The notes under the pieces: generated by a model
What the model saw: the letters and a program-made list of their open reading frames with translations, nothing else
Databases searched by the model: none
What the model was told of the DNA's origin: nothing
IMG/VR virus record: IMGVR_UViG_3300028588_000001
Coordinates: 15,800-79,799 of that record
Source of the DNA: a virus
Taxonomy: Duplodnaviria; Caudoviricetes
DNA length: 64,000 nt
Reading direction: 5' to 3' (one strand)
Program-made: the position numbers and the translations under genes
Part shown: positions 52,701 through 61,300 of the stretch, piece after piece
How positions within the stretch are numbered: the stretch's first letter is position 1
Layout: the number at the start of each line of letters is the position of its first letter

Positions 52701-53012
52701 ATGATCAAGGTAGGTAGCAGGGCGGATCTCGACGCCCTGGCCGGCACCAAGCCGGCGCCAAAACCAACGCCGGCGCCGACGCCGGCCGCAATGCCAGCCC
52801 AGGCACCGGCCGCGCCGGCGGCATCGCCGCAGATCGAGCAGGCCCTGGCTGCGCTTTCCAAGCACATGCAGGACGTGGCGACCATGGCCGCGCAGGCAAA
52901 CGCCGGCATCGCCGCACTGGCCAGCCGCAGTGAGCAGGTCATGGAGGCCACCGTCCAGCGGGACACCCTCGGCCGGATGGAGCGAATCATTATTAAAAGG
53001 AAAACACCGTGA
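52701..53012 (+). CDS. Hypothetical protein (Pro/Ala linker plus coiled coil)
   Basis: 103 aa, C-terminal VQRDTLGRMERI motif. Confidence 0.65.
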   Translation: MIKVGSRADLDALAGTKPAPKPTPAPTPAAMPAQAPAAPAASPQIEQALAALSKHMQDVATMAAQANAGIAALASRSEQVMEATVQRDTLGRMERIIIKRKTP

Positions 53013-53449
53013 CTGAATACAAAGTCTACAGCCGCGCAACGGGCGCCTTCATGACCAGCTATCGCAGCCCGAGCGACGCGCCTATTGACATGGCTGCCTA
53101 TGGCTTTGCCGAGTATGACCACCAGCCGCAAAGCGACGATGCGATCGCACAGCCGATCGAGGTGAATGACCACTTCGCCTACCTGATCGACATTGGCCCC
53201 TATTTCGATCGATTCGGCGTGGCCAAGCTGCCCGTACTGGCGTGCGCCGACAACGTGGTGCAAGCGATCGTTCGCGACGTGTCGGTACGCAAATGGATCG
53301 ATCTGAAACGCCCCGAGGTTGCGCAGGCACTTGCCTATATCACCACCAAAGTGCCCGAGGTGACGCCGGAAATCGTTCAGGCAGTCTTGGCATACCCCGT
53401 TTTACCTCAAGAAAATGCTGTGTTGCGTACCAGCGGCTACATGGGATAA
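53009..53449 (+). CDS. Fiber assembly-like protein
   Basis: YFDRF...WIDLKRPEVAQALAY...IVQAVL, GTGA overlap. Confidence 0.65.
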   Translation: MTEYKVYSRATGAFMTSYRSPSDAPIDMAAYGFAEYDHQPQSDDAIAQPIEVNDHFAYLIDIGPYFDRFGVAKLPVLACADNVVQAIVRDVSVRKWIDLKRPEVAQALAYITTKVPEVTPEIVQAVLAYPVLPQENAVLRTSGYMG

Positions 53450-53458
53450 GGAGCCCAG

Positions 53459-55762
53459 ATGAAAATTAAATACTGTGACCACGGCGCGTACTCCGTCAAT
53501 GCTACCTTCACGTTCGATACGCAGAACTATTCCGATCGAATTAACGTGCGCAATGTCGTCGGCACAATTGCACCAGGGGCGCGCCTCGTTTCGACACTTT
53601 ACGGCGATGGGAATCGCGGCATTACTGGCGGTAGCGGAACCTCGTTCGTCGTCAACCAATATATGAATCAGAACTCCGTTGCCAATCAGACCGCCCAGGC
53701 TTTCGGCGGATTCCTGCGCGACCCGGCAACGTGGGGCGTGCCGATTGAGGGAGACGGTTTGGCTAAGTCTCCATCTGCGGCCGCTGCAACCGTTACCATT
53801 GACATGAGCGGCGCGAGCGCCGTCGCCGGTAACACGTTCATCGTCGCCGGTGCAGTACTTACCTGCAATGCTGGCAACGGTGTCGACCAGTTCGCGCCGG
53901 CCAGCGGCGCGGGCCTTGTAGCCGCTCTGGTAGCGGCAATCAACCGCTCGAACAACGGCACGCGGGTAAATGCTGCCGATACTGGCTGGTATCAGCACAA
54001 GATTCAAGATGCTTTATTCGCACGCGTCGACCCGGCCAATGCCACCAACTTGCAAATCATGACGCGGGCCGGCTCGGCCAAGTACAACGCCAACACTAAC
54101 TTTTCGATCACTTATTCAGGGATGACTGGGTTGGCCCAGCCAAACTACATTTTCGACGGGGGAGCAAGCGGCTGCTGGGGCGTATTTATGGCCGGTGTCG
54201 CGATGTGGCCGTCGGGGATCTCTGCTGGCCAGTATGGGATTGGCCTTGCGTTTGGCGGGAGCATCGGGGGAACAGCTGCAATCCCGCCATTGGCAGGCGT
54301 CCGTGCATCGGGCGACCGCATCGTGGTCCGTTCACACAACAAAATCGGCGGCTCGACCGTATGGTCCGGTGGAGACAATTATTCCTGCTACGTTGGCGCA
54401 AATGAAGGCACCGCAACAGAGGCAGTCGTATTTGACTTCGATGACGGCACTGAATGGCCGCAGGACGTGGTAGGCGGGAAGAAGCCGATCTTTCGCTTTA
54501 CCTGGCCGGGCAGTCAATACCAACGCTTGCGAATCAATAGCTATGGTAATGGCATGCTTCACATGAAAGGGAAGCGTTACGCCGACGGGCAGCGAAATTG
54601 TGTATTCGAGTGCTATCAAGGTAGCGCGAACAACGTCAATATTCACCTGATTGCCGGTGGCCCTGCCATTTACGACAATCTCGATATCATTGCGATGGAC
54701 GGAAACGCTTACGTCGCGATTATTCAAGATGGCAGTAACCCATACATTCAAAAAACGTTGATGCGTGGCGTGCGCGTGCTCTGGCAGTCCCAAAATGCCA
54801 GTCGCGTGTTCCTGAATATGAATACCGCCAATTACAGTGTATCGCTGCTTGAGTCGTACGACCTTACGCTCGAATTGGCAAGCTCGAATTCAATTCAGCC
54901 TGCTATCGTTCAGTTTATGAATGGCGGTAATAGCAGTGCTGTACGAACATTTATTGATGGCCTGAATCTTATCGGATTCCTCCAAGGCAGTACTTTCCAT
55001 GGTGGCGGTCAATCTACCGGCAATAGTTGTAGTGCAGTAATTCGCAATGTGAATCCCGGCTCTGTAACGAACTTTGGGCCATCGTTCAGTACATGGAGCG
55101 TTGCAGACCAACGTATTTCCTATGGCGATATTGGCATTTTCATTTCGAGCGATATCGGCGCAGGATTGCTGGCGATGGATACGGCACTTGGCTTTTATGG
55201 ATGGTCGCCACTACAAGATCCCCCGTGCTTGAATGCTCGTCGTCGTGATGGCACTGCATGGTCGATCAGAATCATGCCCAGCACCCAGCTGAATAATCTC
55301 AACATCCTGAATCCGCTCCCTGTCAACGGCGGCGCCAAGACGGTATTGTCCGCCGGCCGGAAAACGGTAACGGCCAATTTCCTGCTTGAGAAATCGATGG
55401 CATGGACTGCCCGGGATGTTGGGCTGACAGTGACGTACACGGACATTAGCGGGAAGGTGCGCACAGAGCACAGCATGGCATTCAACGACGGCACCCCGCT
55501 CTCCCCGGCAAGTAATGCCTGGATCAAACCGGGCGGCGGAAGTGCGATGGCGGTCGACCCGGCCGACGGCGTGCAGCGCGTGGGCTTTGCTGACGTAGGC
55601 GGCCTGCTCTACTTCAACCAGTTCGCGCTCTCGGTTCAGACGACATACCCGGTGGCGGCCGAATCCGACATCAACTGGACGTTCCGCGTCGGCCGCACTG
55701 TGGCCAACACGCTCCAACAGGTGTTTCTCGACCCCGACGTGCAGCTGGGGGATGTGGCCTGA
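53459..55762 (+). CDS. Second receptor-binding / tailspike-like protein (low GC)
   Basis: 767 aa rich in Gly/Asn/Ser/Thr and beta structure. Visibly lower GC with many A/T-ending codons. AAGGAG RBS. Confidence 0.7.
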   Translation: MKIKYCDHGAYSVNATFTFDTQNYSDRINVRNVVGTIAPGARLVSTLYGDGNRGITGGSGTSFVVNQYMNQNSVANQTAQAFGGFLRDPATWGVPIEGDGLAKSPSAAAATVTIDMSGASAVAGNTFIVAGAVLTCNAGNGVDQFAPASGAGLVAALVAAINRSNNGTRVNAADTGWYQHKIQDALFARVDPANATNLQIMTRAGSAKYNANTNFSITYSGMTGLAQPNYIFDGGASGCWGVFMAGVAMWPSGISAGQYGIGLAFGGSIGGTAAIPPLAGVRASGDRIVVRSHNKIGGSTVWSGGDNYSCYVGANEGTATEAVVFDFDDGTEWPQDVVGGKKPIFRFTWPGSQYQRLRINSYGNGMLHMKGKRYADGQRNCVFECYQGSANNVNIHLIAGGPAIYDNLDIIAMDGNAYVAIIQDGSNPYIQKTLMRGVRVLWQSQNASRVFLNMNTANYSVSLLESYDLTLELASSNSIQPAIVQFMNGGNSSAVRTFIDGLNLIGFLQGSTFHGGGQSTGNSCSAVIRNVNPGSVTNFGPSFSTWSVADQRISYGDIGIFISSDIGAGLLAMDTALGFYGWSPLQDPPCLNARRRDGTAWSIRIMPSTQLNNLNILNPLPVNGGAKTVLSAGRKTVTANFLLEKSMAWTARDVGLTVTYTDISGKVRTEHSMAFNDGTPLSPASNAWIKPGGGSAMAVDPADGVQRVGFADVGGLLYFNQFALSVQTTYPVAAESDINWTFRVGRTVANTLQQVFLDPDVQLGDVA

Positions 55763-56181
55763 TGTCCTATTTCTACCTCTCGCCGTTTTGCCCCCTCGCG
55801 CTGAGCGGGGCATTGAGCCCGCCGACGGCCAACCAGCGCGGGAAGTCGTTTATTACAAGCCTCATGAACCCGATCGTGCGCGAGCGAGCGCCGACGGATG
55901 CAATCGGAACGATTCGCCTTTCCCTTACTGGTGTCAAAGATGGGAGCGAAGTCGCGGTATTCGGCCCAGGCGGGCAAGTGCTCGGGAATATCGAGCATGC
56001 CAGCGGCATCCCGTCCTTCGTCCTGCCGCGCTACGCCGCAGGCTCGCCCAATAACGTAGTGCGGATCATGGTCCTGGCCCTGCAATACGAAGTGGTCGAC
56101 TTCGACTACACCCTCGCCGGCACCGAGGCAACAATCCCTGTTTTTCAGCGACTCGATCGCAGCTACCGCAACCCTGCATAA
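55762..56181 (+). CDS. Small structural protein
   Basis: 139 aa, LSLTGVKDGSEVAVF...IPVFQRLDRSYRNP. Confidence 0.7.
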   Translation: MSYFYLSPFCPLALSGALSPPTANQRGKSFITSLMNPIVRERAPTDAIGTIRLSLTGVKDGSEVAVFGPGGQVLGNIEHASGIPSFVLPRYAAGSPNNVVRIMVLALQYEVVDFDYTLAGTEATIPVFQRLDRSYRNPA

Positions 56182-56190
56182 AGCACACCC

Positions 56191-57537
56191 ATGACTACGA
56201 AAATTACTGATCCCGACCTGCTGCGAGTGGGCACCGAACTCATCATCGACCAGACTGCGCTGACCTTCCAGCTGGTCAAAGCCGGCAACCTGGGCGGCGA
56301 AGGCGTGCAAGCGCAGGCCCTGTATTCCAAGTTCAAAGAACTGTGGCTGACGATGCCATACCAGTCCACGCGCATTCCCATGTACTCGATCGATGCGGAC
56401 GCCGGCAAGTACCAGTTCGGCACCGATGGCTCGAACTTCCACGGCTGGAGGCCGCTGGACGACACCACTCGCCAGCTGCTGCGTGACGGCGGTTGGGAAG
56501 AGTACGATGCAGCCGGCAACTTGCTGCGCGTCTACGCCGGCATCGTGACGCTTGGCGCGGTCGAATTGACCGACCAGCTGTACTACCAGCGTGCCGCCGG
56601 CGGGCAGGCTCGCGACTTCGTGTTCAAGGGCGCTGTGAATGAGGGCGTGCAGGTCTACGGCAATGCGGCCAATGGCGGGTTCGATGAGCGCGCCTACTTC
56701 AAGGTGTTCTCGCGCACCGGCAGCAAGCGCTTCGCGCAGTCGGATCTGGCGACGATCGGCGAGACCGCGACTGGCCCGCGCAAGATGACGTTCGCAGTCG
56801 CGAACGACGTTGACCAGCACATCACGGCCGTCGACGGGCAGATGACCGGCGCGCCGTACGCCGGCATCACCGTCACCTACTACAACGCCGATCAAAGCCT
56901 GCCGATCGGCGGCGTGAATTTCCCGTTCCGCGTCGTCATCCAAGGCAACGGCGCCACCAAGGGCCAGATCTACACCAAAGTGCAGTACCTGTTGCGCCAG
57001 AACAGCGACATCGACAGCGGCGCCGGCACCATTACCGGCAAGACCGCTGACGCGCTGCTGTCGTACGACGGCGAAACGCTGGTGACAGCCAAGGGCGTAA
57101 TCATTCAGGGCTACGATCCGAACGACACCAACGGGATCAGGTTCACGGACCAGAACGGCGCCGCGCGCACCGAGCCATTTGTCGCGGCCGGCACGCTCGC
57201 GCCGAACTCGAACCTGATCGGCGACCCGACCGCAGTATTCCGCATGGTGTTCGCGTCGACCTACGGCACCGGCACCGCGGCGCTCACGGTGAAGGACAAG
57301 GACGGCGCCGATATCGCCGGCGTCGTCGGCGGCCGAAGCGCGATCCCGTTCACTTTCGCCTACGACACCAACAGCCAGGCCGGCCATGCGGCCGGCACCG
57401 ATGCGGACGTGATCGTGATCGCCACCGGGACCAGCGGCGCCAAGTTCGTGACGGCCGCCGGCACGCTCAAGCGCGCGACCGGCCAAACCTTCGCCCTGGT
57501 CTCCGAAAAAGAGCGCTCGTACAAGAACCCAGCGTAA
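56191..57537 (+). CDS. Virion structural protein
   Basis: 448 aa, ALYSKFKELW...GWRP, ends ERSYKNPA. Confidence 0.75.
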   Translation: MTTKITDPDLLRVGTELIIDQTALTFQLVKAGNLGGEGVQAQALYSKFKELWLTMPYQSTRIPMYSIDADAGKYQFGTDGSNFHGWRPLDDTTRQLLRDGGWEEYDAAGNLLRVYAGIVTLGAVELTDQLYYQRAAGGQARDFVFKGAVNEGVQVYGNAANGGFDERAYFKVFSRTGSKRFAQSDLATIGETATGPRKMTFAVANDVDQHITAVDGQMTGAPYAGITVTYYNADQSLPIGGVNFPFRVVIQGNGATKGQIYTKVQYLLRQNSDIDSGAGTITGKTADALLSYDGETLVTAKGVIIQGYDPNDTNGIRFTDQNGAARTEPFVAAGTLAPNSNLIGDPTAVFRMVFASTYGTGTAALTVKDKDGADIAGVVGGRSAIPFTFAYDTNSQAGHAAGTDADVIVIATGTSGAKFVTAAGTLKRATGQTFALVSEKERSYKNPA

Positions 57538-57540
57538 CCC

Positions 57541-58095
57541 ATGGCCTACACGTTCGATGGACCAAGCCGCCTCATCATCCTGCCGCCGGGGACGACGACC
57601 CTCGACGTGCAGGATATGTACAGCAGGTGGAAAGAGTGGACGATCGCCGGCGCCGGCGCGAACCTGGGCTATGCCCAGGCTATGCGCGCGGTCGGCGGCG
57701 ACACCACGACAGGCAGCAACACGATCAGCAATTACTTCTACCTGATGAACGGGTGGAAGGTCCGGCCGCAGGAGGCGAACCACACGCTGACCGTGAACGG
57801 GACCCTGCTGGACGAAGAAGAAAAATCCGATCCATTCGCCAATACAATCGGCGTGTGGCGAGTGCGCATCGTCCAGATCATTCCCCTGCAGGCGGAAACC
57901 ATCACGGTATCCGGCGCCGGCGGTGGTGGCGGCGGACTGACGGCCGCCCAGGATGCGCTGCTGGTTGCCCTCGCCAAGATTCACGGGCTCGTGCCGGGCG
58001 TGCCGCTGGTCGTCGGGCCAGCCTCGCGCGTGGCAGGGGATCTGGTGCAGTCGATCACCGAGGATAACGGCATCGTCACCGTCGCACGCGAATGA
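57541..58095 (+). CDS. Structural protein paralogous to the N-terminus of 56191-57537
   Basis: DMYSRWKEW...YFYLMNGWKVRP. Confidence 0.75.
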   Translation: MAYTFDGPSRLIILPPGTTTLDVQDMYSRWKEWTIAGAGANLGYAQAMRAVGGDTTTGSNTISNYFYLMNGWKVRPQEANHTLTVNGTLLDEEEKSDPFANTIGVWRVRIVQIIPLQAETITVSGAGGGGGGLTAAQDALLVALAKIHGLVPGVPLVVGPASRVAGDLVQSITEDNGIVTVARE

Positions 58096-58349
58096 ACGCA
58101 CGCCTCATAGCCACGCAAGGCATCGGTGGCGGCGCCCGCATGGTGGCGGTGCTGGGCATTGCGCCGGCTCGCGCGCCGAGCGGGCCAGCGCTGCCGCCGC
58201 CGTCGACGGACCCGATCGGCGGCGGTGGGGCGTTCGCGCGTTACAGGGTGGACGACGACACCTACGAAGTTCCGCTTTTCCTCGCCAACGCCGAGGATGA
58301 AGAAGCGGTAGTACTGACATTATTGATGGAGCTTTCTCTTGTCCTTTAA
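58092..58349 (+). CDS. Hypothetical protein
   Basis: 85 aa, ATGA overlap, LIATQGIGGG motif. Confidence 0.55.
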   Translation: MNARLIATQGIGGGARMVAVLGIAPARAPSGPALPPPSTDPIGGGGAFARYRVDDDTYEVPLFLANAEDEEAVVLTLLMELSLVL

Positions 58350-61300
58350 CAGTTGCATGGTCGGCCTCGGGCTGAATGGCAAAATCCCCGCCGGCGAATT
58401 ACGCGAAGTGGCAAAGCAGTACGAACAAGACGGCATGGCGCCCGAGCAGGCATTGCAGCGCGCCGTTGAGGACAAATTGCAGTTGCTCCAAATGGAAGAG
58501 CGCCGCATCGTCGCGGCCGTGCGCACCGCATGGGAAGCGCAGGGCGGCACGAAGCGCGCGCGCAAGCTCGCCCAGGTGCAGAACGAACCTGCGCCGGCAG
58601 CGCCGGCTGGCGAAGGCACCAAGGCGCCCAAGGTCAAGGAAGATCCGCTGCGCGCGCTGAATCACGGCCGCGACGACTGGATTCCGAAAGGCGATCTCAA
58701 AACATACACCGCCACCGAGGCCAAGACCGTATGGGACACGTCGAGCCCGGGCTTCAAGCGTGTGATGATGGGCCGCATCGAGCGCGCTGGCGACGATCCG
58801 ATGGTGGGCAAGAAGTGGGACGAGCTGACGCCGATCGAGCGCAAGCTCGCCCATGGCGCGCTGAACGAGGATCACTACAGCGGCAGCTGGTACACCAACA
58901 AGAAGGGCGCGCGCGTCGACCGTTTCCGCATGGAGGCGGCGTCCAGCGAGGCAGCGCTGGCAGAGCAGAAGCGCACGGCCGACGCCCAGGCCATGCAGGA
59001 GGCGGGCGAGCGCTGGGCCGCAGTCCCGTACGAGAATCGCAAGAGGATGCTGTACGACCTCGGCTACAACGATCAGGATGCGACGGGCGCCGCCGCATCA
59101 CCGTTCGCCAGCTTCAAGGCCGAGCTGCGCGACCAGCTCGCGCCGCAACTGGCCCAGGCCGCCGCGCCGGTACCAGCCGCCCAGGTCGAGCAGCCGGCTA
59201 AGAAGGCTAAAAAAGGGTCGAGTGCGCCCGGCGAGGCTACGCTGCGGCAGGATTGGGGCGTCGACGTGATCGACGGCTATGCCTCGACCGATGAGCACAC
59301 CGCCGATACCAACCGCGACAGCCCTGCAGGCGGCGTAAAAGATGCCTTCCTCAAGGACTCGCAGCGCTACCTCAAGGACGTGGTGGGCCTGCTGCTGGAT
59401 GCCGGCTGGACGAACGCCGCGCAGCGTGACGGCAAGGCCATGAAGCCCGTCAGCGTGAACGAGAGCGGCGACGCCACCAGCGGCACGGTCTCGATGACCA
59501 TGCTCAACGATAAGGCCGGCCGTGGCATCTATGTGCAGATCGGCGACCTGAACATCGCGCCCAAGACCCGGGCCGGGATCTCGCTCATGATGCGCGTGAC
59601 TGACAAGGGCGATCCGTATGTTGGCCGTGAAAATATGTTCATGGAGCCGACCCTGACCTCGCGCGAGCTGGCGGACAAGATCATCGCGGCCGTGGACCGC
59701 GTGACCAGTACCGGCAAACCAGCTAAACTTGCAACAAACGTATGGACGGATCAACGAAATGGATCGAGCAACACTGGCAGCGCAGGCGCGCAAGCATTGG
59801 GAGACCTGGCTCCCGCAACGGACGGCCGAGCTGAAAGCGGCGAGGGAGTTCACGGAAGCGACGGAAGCAGCGGCCTCGCTAGCGCTCAAGGAACTGCAAC
59901 ACCTGATGCGCCAGGGCGCGAAGGAGCACGAGGCGCTGGAAGTGGTGTTGCCGAAGTTCATCCTGCTGACACCGGAACCGCCGGACGAGGACGATTGGGA
60001 GGCAAACGAGCTGGCCGAGAAGGAGCGCCAGTATCAGGACATGATGCAGGGCCACGAGTAGCCGACATCGCGCCGGCCGTGCCGCCGGCGCCGCAGATCC
60101 CCGCAGTCAATTTCCGCATCACCGAGGACGTGCGCCTCGGCCAAGGTGGCGAAGTCGAGAAGTTCAACGACAATCTCGCCGCAATCCGCACGCTGCAAGC
60201 CATCGAGCGCGAGAACCGCCGCGCCACGCCGGAAGAGCAGGCCATGATCGCCCGCTACGTGGGCTGGGGCGGTCTCGCCAACGCATTCCCGAACCCGGAA
60301 ACCGGCGAATTCAAGGACGCATGGAAGAAGCGCGGGGCCGAGCTGGCCGAGCTGCTGACGCCCAAGGAATACGCCCTGGCGCGCCGCTCGACCCTCGACT
60401 CGCACTACACCTCGCAAACCGTTGTCGATAGCATGTGGGGCGCCGTCAAGCACCTGGGCGTGAAAGGCGGCCTGTTCCTGGAATCGTCCATGGGCATCGG
60501 CAACTTCCTGGGCCGCATGCCGTTCGATATCGCCGGCAACTCCAAGTTCATCGGCGTCGAGTACGACAGCCTCACCGCGCGCATGGCGGCCCTGCTGTAC
60601 CCGGCCGAGACCGTGCTCAACAGCGGGTTCCAGAGCGTGCCGTTATCTGACGGCGCATTCGATCTGGCGATCGGCAACCCGCCGTTCGGCGAGCAGTCCC
60701 TGCGCTTCCAGTTCAAGCCCGAGCTGAACGGCCATTCGATCCACAATCAGTTCTTCATCGCCTCCCTGGACGCACTGCGCCCGGGCGGCGTGCTGGTTCA
60801 GGTCGTGTCGCGCTACCTGATGGACAAGCAGGACAAGTCGTCCCGTATCGCGCTCGCCAAGCGCGCGAAGCTGCTGGGCGCGATCCGCCTGCCGGACACC
60901 GCTTTCAAGGAAAACGCCCGCACCGAAGTGGTGACGGACATCGTTTTCCTGCAACGCCTGTCGCCCGCCGAGCAGACTGAAATGGAGGACGCATTCGCCG
61001 CGGCCGCCACGAAGCCCGGCCGCGATCGCGAGAAGGAAAACGAGCGTCAGCGGCTGGCCGCGCTCGTGCCGAAGTGGGTCGAGACCCTGAGCGTGAACGA
61101 TCCGCTGGGCGGCGAGAAGATGCCGGTCAATCACTACTTCGCGACCAACCCGGGCATGATCATGGGCACGCTGGAGCGTTCGGGCTCGATGAAGCACGGC
61201 GCCGACATCACCGTGCGCCTCGACAAAGGCGCCGACCTGGGCAAGATGCTGGCCGATGCGATCGCCAAGCTGCCGCAGGGCGTGGCCGAGCAGGATCAGA

